A stretch of DNA of 63,640 nucleotides, the filler included, from Octopus bimaculoides (taxonomy: Eukaryota): NCBI RefSeq assembly GCF_001194135.2. It is 9 parts of 9 records of this genome, joined end to end, with 100 filler letters (N's around TTAATTAATTAA, not from the genome) between each part and the next. Parts side by side here need not be neighbours in the genome. Positions count along the whole stretch, not along the records: positions 9,777 to 29,716 come from NC_069001.1; positions 29,817 to 34,382 come from NC_068993.1; positions 34,483 to 51,395 come from NC_068986.1; 6 more parts are not named here. One strand, given 5' to 3'. This document shows, one piece after another, positions 25,395 to 38,424 of this stretch. The first letter of the stretch is position 1; each line of letters opens with the position of its first letter. The position numbers were made by a program, and so were the translations under genes. The notes beneath the pieces are model-generated. The model was not told the DNA's origin, ran no database searches, and was given only the letters and a program-made list of their open reading frames with translations.

Positions 25395-28059
25395 TGATTG
25401 CCAAAGGTCTTTTGTCACCGATGTATGTATGTGTATGTGTGTTCCTCTGTCTGTCAGTCCGTTTAGATATATACGATGTGTGAGTGCGTAATATTCACAT
25501 ATGTTTTTTATGCTCGCTTCTGTTTTTAACTATTTGGAGTCTTCCTGGAAGGAAAGAGTTGCTTTATAACAAAGACACAAAGCGCCATCGCTGCAACGTA
25601 GACGACAAAAACAATACAACACGTTGAACTTGAGAAAAGTCTTACAGAGTTTTATTGTTCTGCTTACAGAGTGGACTCGTAATGTGCGAATTGGTTGAAT
25701 TCTTTTGCTGAAAACTCTAGCTTTTTCGGATTGTCACTTTGGCAGGCTGGTTGGTCATGTTGCTTGGTTTTTCGAGTTGGATCCTGATTATTATTCTCTG
25801 ACAATCCAGTTGTGGCGATGGTTCGTGTTGGTCGGCCATATGTCATATGGTGTTGTAAACAGAGGTATGTATGTATATATGTATGTATGTATCTGTGTGT
25901 CTATCTGTGTATGCATGTGTTTCATCAACATTATCATCGTCGTCATCATCATCATCATCATCATCATCAACAATGCCAACGACTACAACAGGTGTCACAC
26001 TATCATGAACAGCAGCAGCAGCAGTTATCACCACCGCCACTACCACCGTCGCCACCTCCACTGTCACCACCACTGTCACCACCACCACCATTACCACCAC
26101 CGCCATAACCAATACTAACATCATTGTAACTAACACCACCGTAACCACCGCCATCAACACCACCACCANNNNNNNNNNNNNNNNNNNNNNNNGTAACCAC
26201 CGCCACTATAACCACTTCCGCCACCACCACCACCACCAGCAGTAAGTATCGTTGATGTAGTGATTGATAACAGTAAATGATGATCATAATAATCCTTCAT
26301 CGATACAATATCTTTAACCCGATTAACATAATTCCTCTCCAAATCTAGACACTCTCAGGGAGTTGCCATATTTTCTTTATTGCTTAGTTGCTTCCGAGCT
26401 AATACTGCCTCTTCTTCGTCTGTTTATTATTATTATTACTACTACTACTACTACTACTGTTGCTTTGTTTTATATGAGCCGTTCCAAGTCTCACCCAAAG
26501 ACCTCCGACAACAGCAAGTCGGACGTTTTACTCATGGCTGTTATTTATGATTAAGCAATAATCTGTTGTAGGAAAAGAAGACCAGATTCTGAGAATTGAG
26601 ATTCTGTTAAACTTGTAATGAAAATCTTACAATTTCTAGTCTTAGGTAATCATGGCACCGAAGCAAAGTAAAGATAAAAAAAAATACGAAAAACTAAATA
26701 AATATAAACCAGGAACAGAGAAATGTTTCCTGGTGTACGAGAAGACGGTGGCATTGTTGGCCGATGATACAGAGAGATGGACACTGGATGGAGATGCTAT
26801 CGGCTGCAGATTCGTTCTCTCTGGGACGAAACAGACAACTAACCATGTTATCTATGATTAATCAACATTCCAACATTGTCTCTCACATACACACACACAC
26901 ACACACACACAAAACACGCAGTTCTATATATACATATATACACATATAAAATGTTAATCACACACACACACACACGGACGCACACACACATGATGTAATA
27001 TATATGTAATGTAATAGCGAAGTCGTTCTTTACTTATTTTTTGAAAAACTTTTCCTTCGTTTACTTTTCTTCTCCAATGTTTCTTGCTTTGCTTATTTTC
27101 CCATTTCTAATCAGTCTGTCTGTCTGTCTGTCTCTGTCTCCCTCCCTCCTCCCTCTCTCTCTCTGTATATATATATATATATATATAAATGTGTGTGTGT
27201 GTGTTAGAAGCTATGTATATATGTATGTATATGTTTGTGTGTATGTATGTATGCACTGACCACTTCCCAGCACCCACACCATCATCCATACACCTTCACA
27301 TGCACACACTCACACGTCAAGGTCACCAGCCCCCTTCTACACGCACATACACGTTCTCCCCTACATACGTAGTAACCTGTCATCAGCGTTATGATCGGGC
27401 ACAGACAGTGTGTCGTTAGCCAGCTGGAGGAGATGTCTTCCGGGGGGGGGGGGCAAAGGGTTAAATTCTTAATTATAAATCATATATCATCTTATATTTT
27501 AGACGTATAAAAAACGAACGTTTAGTGTACACAGTATAAAGATACGAACTAGTTAATAGTTTCATGCTCTGGAGGCCCATGCTACATGTGAATAGATCTA
27601 AGAACTACAATTTATGCGTGGTTGAAAGATCATACATTCTTTTTAGATCTAAGAATTCCAAATTCGAAATTTTCTGCAAATGGAAGCATATAGAGAATTT
27701 TTTCTTCTTTTTTTTTTCTTTTTTGCGATCTGGAAAGCACCATCCTCTCCGGACTGAGCAGCGGCCTTGCACACTTTCGGCCCTGCTCCATTGAAGTATT
27801 CTACAACTAGCTTAATTATAGCTAGACGGTCAAAGGAGTCATAACTCTAATTTTGTTTCTTTTCTTTTCTATTTTCCGTTTTTATTCACCCTTCCATTTT
27901 TAGCATCTTTCTTCTCATTTTTTCTCGTCATCTCTCTTGCAATAGCGTCCTGATTTGCAAATAAAATAGACCATGTGATCAGAGCCTGTAGATTGCTTGG
28001 AGTCACAATGAGTATTATAAAATCGACCTAGACCTGTGTCTCCAAAGGAAGGAACTACA

Positions 28060-28195
28060 AGTTTCCGTAGACCATATTCACTCATAAGGCATTAATCGAC
28101 CCTGGGCTATAATAGAACACATTTACCGAAGGTACTGCGCAGTGGTACCGAAACCGGAACCAACAGTTGGTTGCGAAGCGAGATTCTTTAGAACA
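28060..28195 (-). mobile_element. Degraded SINE family C, 5' part
   Basis: gtttccgtagaccatattcactcataaggc...gggctataatagaacacatttacc...gcagtggtaccgaaaccggaacc aligns to the family C head. Confidence 0.7.
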
Positions 28196-30169
28196 CAACC
28201 ATTAATGCACCCGCGCGTGTATGCATTGATGTATGTACATGTCAGGGTATGTATGCGTGTGCATGCATGTGTGTGAGAGAGAAAGAGAGAGAGAGTGTGA
28301 GTGAGTGAGTGTGACGCTATAAGTGTCATGTGATATTTTACATGTCTATAAATACGACCGGCTTTTTTTTATAGTTGTTAATCCGTCAAAGGAATTTCAC
28401 TCGCAAAGCTTTTGCCGTCCGCAGGCCATATAACAACTATATCAATAATAATAATGATAATAATAATAATGATAATTATCAATGAATGAAGAAAGAATGT
28501 GTATGATGCAGTTGTTTTCATTGACCAAACGGTTTTTTGAGTGGTCGTACTGACGTCACAGCAGAGAATACTATGAATGGAAGGAACATCACATGGAAAA
28601 GGACCGTGACATGGGAGATTGTGCTGGTGGTGGTGGTGGTGGTGGTGATTGTGGCCATTGACAGAATGTGTAAAGCTAGAGGGGGTACATGTGTTTGATG
28701 AAGGAATAATAAGGGTTGCAGGAAATAACAGGAAAAAGATGGGCCGTCGTACGATACGACTCGTGTGTGTGTGAATGACTATGTTCGGGATTTTGACGTT
28801 TTTGTTTTGAGTGAAGTGTGTGTGTGTGTGAATTTTTTGTGTATGTTTGTGTGTGTGTGTGTGTGTGTCTGTGAATTTGTGTTTGTGTGTTTGTGCATGT
28901 TGGTGTGTGCGTGCGTGAGGCTGAATGTTTGTGTGCGCATCTCTGTATTTGTGAGTTGTATGTGTGTGGGTGTTTGTGTGTGTTTGCATGCATGTCTCTG
29001 TGTATGTGTGCGTGTGAGTGTGTATGTGTATGTGTACATGTGTACGTATTTAGGTGTTACACTCTGTGTATGTGTGTGTGTGTTTATGTATATGTGTATG
29101 CACAGGCGCGTCATTTTCGTGTGTGTATATACGTGTTTATGTACATATGCACGTGTGCGTATGTGTATGTGTGTGATTGTGTATGACTGTGTGTGTGTGC
29201 ACTTATGATTGTGTTTTTGCGTGTGTGTATGTATGACAGTAGGTGTATTTGTACATGCGTCTGTGTGTATGTGTGTGTGTGTGTGTGTGTATGTGTGTGT
29301 GTGTGTCCATCTCTGTCTTAAGGTCCGAGCATTTGTAAGTAGAGAGAAAGCGCAGGAAGTGACTCGTTCGTGTTTTGCGTATTTTTTTTGTGTGAGTATA
29401 TATTGCTACGAATGAATGATTACGAAATTATGTGTGTGTGTGTGTGTGCGTAGGACGAACCTACATTGCATCGTCACGTGGCAAGAAACCGTGACCGCTC
29501 GTGGTGAGAGTGTAACGGTGTACGCTGCACGCGCTGTAAACTATGGTCACCATCGGCAATACCACCACCACCACCACTGCCTCTGCCGCTGCCCATATCA
29601 CCACCACCACCGCCACCACCACTGCAACCGCCACCTTCCCCACCACCACCACCTTCTCCAACTCCATCATCACAACAACAAACACCACCAACAGCCATAA
29701 CGATCACGTTTTCAATNNNNNNNNNNNNNNNNNNNNNNNNNNNNNNNNNNNNNNNNNNNNTTAATTAATTAANNNNNNNNNNNNNNNNNNNNNNNNNNNN
29801 NNNNNNNNNNNNNNNNATATATATATATATATACACACACACATTATATATTTATATGTATGCATATGTAGTGTCTTTTGTCTGCTACGAACTATTTCCA
29901 TTGTGGTATTAAGTTACACCTCTAAGTTACAGACATTCGAATAATGAATAGGTTTGGTTGAAAACGTTCTGAGGAAATTGAAAACGATTTGTAATTTTCA
30001 CTGACGAATTCTTCCCGAGGATAGATTTCGAAAACAGAATAGTTAAGTTAAGCTAACAAACCAACAACTTGTGTAGAACGAAATATTTCATAAAAGTAAA
30101 TGACCGATTCTGTTACATCTTTTACATACATACATACAAATATACATACATACAGTTATATCAAGTATG

Positions 30170-30229
<60 letters not shown>

Positions 30230-30230
<1 letters not shown>

Positions 30231-31260
30231 ACACGAGGTTAAGTCTAAAGATGTAAGCACTCTTACTTCTCTAATGTATTAAAACAATAGCAGGGTTTGC
30301 ACAATTACACCTTTTTCGGCATAGTCTTCTTGCGTTCTGTTTCCTTTCCTTCAGTGGCGTGCAAGCTTGCTTATACAAACAAAGAAAAGTTTTGTTTGGT
30401 CACGCAGCGTTTTATTCAGTGCTCCTTGCGCTTGTTCGTCTGTAACACGTTGATGACCGCGTAAAAGATGTTTGAGCGGTCCAAAAATATTAACAATCAT
30501 GAGGGACGAGATCTGAACTGTATGCAGCATGTTTCAGCTACTCCAAACCCAATTTTTCAATGATATGAACGGCCGTATGTGAGCCTGCATTGTCGTGCAA
30601 TAATAACACTTGTCTTGATAATAGACCTCAGGATTTGGTGTGAATTGCTGGTTTCCGTTTGTTGATGAGAATTTCACTGTAATCTACACTGGTGACTGTA
30701 GACCCTCTTTCACTTAATGTTCCTCTATAGGCGCCTTTGCGTCCCAAAAATGCATTAAGTATAACTTTTTGGCGGAAAGATTGAGTCCTGAATTTCTATT
30801 TCACTGGCGATTCCGGGTTTTCTACTCCGTGCTCTGCCTTTTACATTCTAGCCCAAAGAGATGGACTGAAGTCTCATTTCTTGCGACTATCCATTACAAA
30901 AAAAAAAGGGTAAAAATGATCTTCATCTTCATCCTTATAGCGGTTGATTAAGCGTCGACAGACCTTAACACGAATACGCCTATGCACTTCGATAAACTCT
31001 CTGGACAATAATCTCGTATAGTCTTTATGGAAGCAAAGCTTGCCATGCATGATTTCGAATGAAAAACTATGACTAATTTGCATAGAACATGCCACCTAAT
31101 CGATGGTCATTGGTCTGTTTGCCTTAACCATCTCTGGAGTTTGTTGAAGCTTCGAGTCAGTGGTGGACATTGATGGTATCCTGCTTCCCTCTTCCTCTTC
31201 GTTTATGCAATTAAAAGAGTACCACATATTAGCACACGAGCGCTGAAGACAATGTGGCCA
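30230..31260 (-). mobile_element. Degenerate mariner (DD34D) transposon
   Basis: Minus translation gives ISHSFSFEIMHGKLCFHK..., KVILNAFLGRKG...KPAIHTK..GLLS..VLLLHDNAGSHT and LKHAAYSSDLVP (HDNARPH and HPPYSPDLAPSD motifs). A TIR-like end lies at about 30230-30260. Confidence 0.9.
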
Positions 31261-31410
31261 AACTAAAAAAAAATGTTGTGGCGAAAGTGCGGATAATTTT
31301 ATGTATGTATATGACTATATATCTATATATATATGTACACATCTATATATATGTTCGTATTTATACATTTTCACTAGTATATACGCATATACAAAAACAT
31401 ACACAGACAG

Positions 31411-31459
<49 letters not shown>

Positions 31460-31463
31460 TTGT

Positions 31464-31539
<76 letters not shown>

Positions 31540-31562
31540 AGAGAGAGAGAGAGAGAGAGAAG

Positions 31563-31596
<34 letters not shown>

Positions 31597-32018
31597 CAGA
31601 AAGCGAGGGAGAGAGAAAGAGAGACAAAGAAAGAGATGTACTGTCCTACACAAGTATGTTGGGCTTATTGCTACAATGAAATAACGCCAGATAATCTGAT
31701 GACCAGTTTTTGACTATTTTAAATCATCGAAATTCCCCAAATTAATAATTAGACAGTTTTTACCGTTCTGCAATAAAACTTAACATATAATGCAATTTTT
31801 CAGTCTATATGCTTAATCTTTATTTTCCTATTCCAAATCTCGTATGGCAGTCACATAGACCCGCAAATATGCATATATACATGTCCACCGCAGTCGATTT
31901 TCTTTTGTGATTATTTTTGGAAGACTATCTATTTGTAGTTACAGGGATTCTTAATTTGAGTGCAATTAATATAATACAATAGAACATTTATCTCTACTAA
32001 ATATCAGTTCATTGAGTC

Positions 32019-33253
32019 TACGAAGGTCAGCTGAAAATTTCATAGGCTGATTAGGAAGGAGTGATTCTGTAGCTATGAAATGTTGCGTACATTAATCTAA
32101 ACTCATCTTATACATGAATACCTTGTTTCTGTCTCGGCAAATTAACATTTGAACCTCCAAAGAAAACTTCATGAGTAACTAATAGCGACCTCTCTTGAAA
32201 ATGGACAAAATTTAACATCGTCGCGTTATCAAGTACCTGCAGAAAAAGGGTGTTGCTCCCCAAGACATTGATGTTACATTAAGGGATGATGTTCCTGCTT
32301 TAACAACAGTGCAAAAGTAGGCAACTGAATTCACGAGAGGAAGGAAAGATCTTGAAGATGACTCCTGCAACTGCTATCACTGTGGAAAACATTGATCGTG
32401 TTCACCACATGGTGATGGATGACAGGCGATTGACTTAAATCAAATGGCTAATGTTATTAATATATTCCATGATAAAATTTATAATGTTCTGCACAAAGAA
32501 ATTGGCATGACGAAGGTTTCTGTTCTGTGGGTTCCATGTCTTCTAACACCTGATCAAAAGATCACCTCGTCCATCACATCACGGGAAAAATCTCACATGT
32601 TTGAGACAGACTTAGTTGGTTTCTGTGAACACTTTCTAAGCTAGGGTGATTGTTAGGTTGATCACTGTGAGCCAGAGACAAAGAAGCCATTCATGCAGTG
32701 AAAACACACCTCCTCACTTGCTCTAAAGAAGGTCAAGGTCGTTTCATCTGCAGAGAAAGTGATGGCTTCAGTTATTCTGGGATGCAAAAGGCATTGTGTT
32801 TATCGACTTGAAAACAGTTTCATTAGCGATGAAGAGAAACATGCTAACTCGCGGAGCAGTTATGAAAGACTATTACAACTAAATGTACAGAAAAACTGAC
32901 GATAGGGGTCTGGTTTCATCAGGATATTGCTCCAACACATGTTTTTGGTTTCAACAGCAGCTCTGCGTGACTTTAGCTTGTAACTGGTTGATCATCCTCC
33001 TTATTCCCCTGATTTGGCCCCATTTGACTATAATCTGTTCCCCAACATAAAAAATTGACCGGTAGCCAGTATCGCAGCGATATTGACGTCATACCTTCTG
33101 TTGATGACTTTTTAGACCACAGAGTGAAAGCTCCTTCAGCAATGGAATCTAGGCACTACAGCACGGATGGAAGAAGTATGAGGACCGCAACGGAGACAAT
33201 GTTGAAAATTAAAGCTCGTTTAATCACTTTTCATGGGAGTACATTTGTCAGCC
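32019..33253 (+). mobile_element. Degenerate mariner transposon of a second subfamily; left TIR intact, right TIR mostly lost
   Basis: The left end is TA-cgaaggtcagctgaaaatttcataggctga. From ATG 32201 it reads MDKI*HRRVIKYLQKKG..., GMTKVSVLWVPCLLTPDQK (WVPRLL), SAEKVMASV and DHPPYSPDLAPFDYNLFP. Only tcagcc of the right TIR remains. Confidence 0.92.
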
Positions 33254-33757
33254 GACGAGGTATATCTTTGTAGATGTATGTAGAACAGTGATTATTCTTT
33301 ATAAGCAAGCTCAAGGATGCTGAGAAGGATATAATATACGTCGGGCCTATGGATATATTCACGGAAATAAATCATAAATAACTCGATGACCTTTGCTGTA
33401 AACAAACGTAGCAAATATGTTTGCAATACATGATATACAATTCTTAATGAGGTGTACGTATGCTGTGTAAAAAGTTGGTGTAGCACAAATGAAAAGAACG
33501 CATGAATATATAGAAATATAGCCTAGAGATTTGAAGAAAGTTTTTGTAAAAGTCGTTAGTCATAAACTGAGTAGGTGTCACTATTATTTGGCAGCAAAAG
33601 ACATACAACAGAACTGCCGTTTGCAAAGAGAATATTTTTCATTTTTAGATTTCTCGTTCATAAAATTATCTGATCTCCAATATAATAATGTTTAAGTTTG
33701 ACGAATGTAATTATTATCCTTTAAAACGAATTGAATTGAAAATCAATTATATAATTG

Positions 33758-33789
<32 letters not shown>

Positions 33790-34382
33790 CGGTTTAGATA
33801 TAGATTCAAAGTTGAATATGGGAGTTAAAAGATAATGGTATTAATTTTACTTGCCAATGTCGTACTATTTGCCTTATGTCTAAGTCTAAACGAAAACTTA
33901 TGGTTATATATTCTCTGTTTCAGGTTAATACTACATCCTATATAAATATAATTCTCTGTTATAGTACTAATGATGCATCTGTATACTACGTTACGGGTGC
34001 AACAGAATCCAAATAAAGGACAATGGGAATTTTTTCTACAGTTGCACATGATGGGGTTATCAACCCCACCTATATTATTTCTAATATCTCTATTATTATT
34101 ATTACTACAATTATTTACACTAATATCATTTATCAATTCTTCAATTCTATTATTAGGTATATATTGGCTATTACCATCATTATTTAATTCATATCCTGAT
34201 GTGCTATTAGTTGGACTTATTCTTTCCACATTAGGCATATTGATATTATGTGAACTATGTCCTTGATCACTATTATTTCTGTTGGAGTTGGGCCTATCAT
34301 CAACTTCAGTTAAAACCGTAACGTCATTACTGATACATTCTAATTGTTGGTTGAAATTATGGTTGGTAGGACTAAGTATATT
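33790..34382 (-). mobile_element. Penelope-like GIY-YIG endonuclease ORF fragment with Asn-rich linker, truncated by a 30-bp inversion
   Basis: The frame is open for 185 codons from the contig end (34382). CNCRKNSHCPLFGFCCTRNVVYRC...YIYIGCSINLKQRIYNHKFSFR...NSTTLASK is the PLE CCHH/GIY-YIG signature. Confidence 0.9.
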
Positions 34383-34482
34383 NNNNNNNNNNNNNNNNNN
34401 NNNNNNNNNNNNNNNNNNNNNNNNNNTTAATTAATTAANNNNNNNNNNNNNNNNNNNNNNNNNNNNNNNNNNNNNNNNNNNN

Positions 34483-34542
<60 letters not shown>

Positions 34543-34696
34543 GTTGTTGTTGTTGTTCTTTTTTTCCTTCTTTCTTCAAATTTTCTTCCATTTCTCGCCG
34601 AGTGTTTTCCGTACACCTAAGGCAGAGAAACTCATTGTATGCATTCCCAGTTTACACACGCAAATTCACAGGTATTATTATTATTATTATTATTAT

Positions 34697-34903
34697 TTCT
34701 TATATTGGCTCAAAGTCAAAGATTTTGAGGGGAAAGACTAAATCAATGGAATCGACCTCAGTACTTCGCTGGTATTTTATTTTTATAGACGCCGAAAGGA
34801 AAAAAAAATCAAAGCTGACCTCGTAGGTTTGAACTCAGAACGTAGAGTGAACAAACATCGCAATACATTTTTTTTGTCCGACTCTAACGATTCTGCCAAG
34901 TTC
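34697..34903 (-). mobile_element. SINE family A, old copy
   Basis: atcgacctcagtacttcgctggtattttattttatagacgccgaaagg...tttgaactcagaacg...ctaacgattctgccaagttc. Confidence 0.8.
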
Positions 34904-35060
34904 AAAAATTCTTTCTTTGTTATGGAGGCAACGTAGATTATCAATTTGTTCCTGTGCTGCCAGTGCAAATATATTAGGCGACATCTGAATGCACTGGAAC
35001 AACTCCTCGCGCGAATATCGATAAAATAGGGAGATCAAAAACAAAAAAGCAATAATGATC

Positions 35061-35091
<31 letters not shown>

Positions 35092-35356
35092 CTGCAGCAA
35101 TATTAATGAGAATGATGATAATGATACTGTCAGCAACGAAGGTGAACAAGAAAAACACGAGAAAACACCGAAGGGGAAAGAAGGGTAACAATGGCGGCAT
35201 CACTTCCGGCGCCAGACTAAGTTTCACCTGAAATTATAAACCTTGGTTCACTTAATTGGTGGAACATGGCTTTTATAAGTCGGTGCAATTTGAGCGAGAC
35301 ACATCATCATCATCATCATCGTCATCATCGTCATCATCATCGTCGTTAGCATTGTG

Positions 35357-35363
35357 CTTATTA

Positions 35364-35412
<49 letters not shown>

Positions 35413-35421
35413 CATTATTTA

Positions 35422-35458
<37 letters not shown>

Positions 35459-35492
35459 GTAATTATTATCATTATTATTATCATTACCATTA

Positions 35493-35523
<31 letters not shown>

Positions 35524-35619
35524 ATATTATCATTATTATTATTATTATTATCATTATTTATATTATTATTATTATTATTATTATTATAATTATTATCATT
35601 ATTATTATCATTATCATTA

Positions 35620-35669
<50 letters not shown>

Positions 35670-35951
35670 NNNNNNNNNNNNNNNNNNNNNNNNNNNNNNN
35701 NNNNNNNNNNNNNNNNNNNNNNNNNNNNNNNNNNNNNNNNNNNNNNNNNNNNNNNNNNNNNNNNNNNNNNNNNNNNNNNNNNNNNNNNNNNNNNNNNNNN
35801 NNNNNNNNNNNNNNNNNNNNNNNNNNNNNNNNNNNNNNNNNNNNNNNNNNNNNNNNNNNNNNNNNNNNNNNNNNNNNNNNNNNNNNNNNNNNNNNNNNNN
35901 NNNNNNNNNNNNNNNNNNNNNNNNNNNNNNNNNNNNNNNNNNNNNNNNNNN

Positions 35952-35992
<41 letters not shown>

Positions 35993-36012
35993 CATCATTA
36001 TCATTATTATTA

Positions 36013-36050
<38 letters not shown>

Positions 36051-36079
36051 TATATTATTATTATTATTATTATTATTAT

Positions 36080-36126
<47 letters not shown>

Positions 36127-36152
36127 TCATTATCATTATTATTATCATTATT

Positions 36153-36218
<66 letters not shown>
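35357..36218. repeat. (ATT)n/(AGT)n microsatellite array with higher-order structure, spanning a gap
   Basis: Direct reading. The interruption pattern cattatttatatt...taattattatcattattattatcatta recurs at about 35414/35552 and 35461/35588. Confidence 0.95.
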
Positions 36219-36222
<4 letters not shown>

Positions 36223-36428
36223 GTTTCAAATTTTGGCAGCAAGTACGGTGGGGGTGGGTTGTAAGTCATTTACATCGACCCTAGTGCTCAGCTGGTGCTT
36301 ATTTTATCGACCCCAAAACGATGAAAGGCAAAGTCGGCCTTGGCGGAATTTGAACTCAGACTGTAAAAGCGAACAAAACGCCGCAACGCATTTTGCTCTA
36401 CGTCCTAACGATTCTGCCCGTTTGCCGT
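36219..36428 (-). mobile_element. SINE family A (tail type ...aaatttgaaaccatt)
   Basis: Carries the central domain ttatcgaccccaaaacgatgaaaggcaaagtcggccttggcggaatttgaactcag. Confidence 0.88.
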
Positions 36429-37017
36429 TTTAATCATTACCATACTATCGATACGTCAATCAATGACGACATTGCAGTCCTCCAGTCTCTCTTGAGTTTG
36501 TTCACAGGATAATGAACTCTTCCTTCTCCCTCACATATACTCCTTGTCCGACTTACACTCTGTCGCATCCATCTTGAAATAGGACAACCGATTGACAGGC
36601 ATACACTCACTCCACATTACACTCCATTTCCAGGCCCTCCAGCCTGCTATGTCCCAACTCTGCCTTTTCCACCACTACTACCGTGCTCTCCAGTTAATAT
36701 TTATCCCCACGTAAAAGTGGATGTTGTGTTAGAACACGGGATACCACGTTATTCATCATGAGAGAAACCTCTTATATGATCTTTTGGTGCACATAAGCAC
36801 TTTTGTTTATATCGCTAGCGGGAAATAAACACCCGCCATCACCACCGCCTAGACTACCAGATCACGTGATTTCGGCCTTTCCAGACCTTGTCAATGGCAG
36901 ACACCCGACTGATGGAAATAGCAGCGATTACTCTGCTAGCGATAGTCATTAAATCTCATTGCCTAAATGACACCAGACACTAGTGTCGCAAATACCTAGT
37001 GGGATTATTAAGAAAAA

Positions 37018-37172
37018 TGTGGTAAGTAGCTTGCTTACCAACCACATGGTTCTGGGTTCAGTCCCACTGCGTGGCACCTTGGGCAAGTGTCTTCTACTAT
37101 AGCCTCGGGCCGACCAAAGCCTTGTGAGTTGATTTGGTAGACGGAAACTGAAAGAAGCCCATCGTATATATC

Positions 37173-37224
<52 letters not shown>

Positions 37225-37450
37225 TGTCTGTCTGCCTGCCTGTGTTTGTTCCTCCAACATCGCTTGACAACCGATGCTGGTGTGTTTACGTCCCCGTAAC
37301 TTAGCGGTTCAGCAAAAGAGACCGATAGAATAAGTACTAGGCTTACAAAGAATAAGTCCCGGAGTCGATTTGCTCGACTAAAGGCGGTGCTCCAGCATGG
37401 CCACAGTCAAATGACTGAAACAAGTAAGAGAGTAAAAGAAAAAAAGAGTA
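37018..37450 (+). mobile_element. Near full-length SINE family C
   Basis: Reverse complement of 8890-9302 at high identity, with an internal (TG)n. Confidence 0.93.
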
Positions 37451-38069
37451 ATAGCGACGACAGAAGTAGTATTAATACCAAAGGGTAATATTTATCTCAC
37501 ACTTAAAAGTGGGTGTTGTATAAGAACACAAAATACTGCAATAGCTATCATGAGAGAACCACTCATATGGACTTGTGGTATCTAACTACCCTCCGGCTTT
37601 TTCTACCAGGTTCATCCAACTCGTTCGCTCGCCTCCATTTCTCATTGTCACCATCAGATCTCCAGACGAGTCACTAAATCTAATCCTTCCGACTCAATGC
37701 GTCAATCCCCTGGAATTCTTTCTCTGGGTTAAGACTAACACCAGCCTCATCTGTTTCACGGATTTCAGAAAAGCTTTCAAAAACCACAAAACGTTCCTTT
37801 CATCGAGAAGAAACCGTTTAAAGACAAAAGCCTGATTTCGAAGTCAATTGAAAAGAATACCCAGCCATGTTTCATAGTTCCGTTACTGAATCCTTCACTT
37901 TAAAACCATATAAGCCTGCGTTTGATTCCTCTGCGAGGCGCCTGGGGCAAGTTTCAACTGAAAGAATTACAAGTCGACGGAAGGTTTGTAGAATTTGAAA
38001 TATGGAAACAGCGCAGAAACGCGTCAGGTTGACTTACATGTTCTTGCGCAGCAGACTTAGTCCGTTTCT

Positions 38070-38279
38070 TATTTCTTTATTGCCCACAAGGGGCTAAGCA
38101 CAGAGGGGACAAACAAGGACAGACAAAGGGACTAAGTCGATTATAGCGATCCCAGTGCGTAACTGATACTTAATTTATCGACCTCGGTGGAATTTGAACT
38201 CAGAACGTAACGGCAGACGAAATACCACTAAGCATTTCGCCCTGTGTGCTGACAATTCTGCCAGCTCGCCGCCTTACTA
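38070..38279 (-). mobile_element. SINE family A with an internal deletion between two TCGAC repeats; TSD AGTCCGTTTCT (38059-38069 / 38280-38290)
   Basis: Direct alignment to 38425-38651 and 62762-62976. Confidence 0.93.
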
Positions 38280-38424
38280 AGTCCGTTTCTGGCATTCGGT
38301 TGCCATCAACGGGAATCTGCTTTGCTTTAAGGATTTAATCCAGGTCTTCAGTCGATCAATGACCTACGAGGCGGGATTTGCGTCTCCCTTCAGAATAAAA
38401 TGCCAAACAGAAACGTTTACACCC

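Noticed and set aside
27756-27810. GC-rich hairpin followed by CTAG as a Helitron 3' end
   Set aside because: The CTAG is followed by C rather than T, the spacing is long, and there is no 5' TC end or second copy.
29450-29545. CpG-rich unique patch with possible splice sites on both strands
   Set aside because: No reading is recognisable, and it is flanked by microsatellites at a contig end.
34930-35030. YRYSREELF as a GIGYF/4E-binding-like motif on the minus strand
   Set aside because: No acceptor or start places it in a real exon, and the upstream frame is microsatellite-derived.
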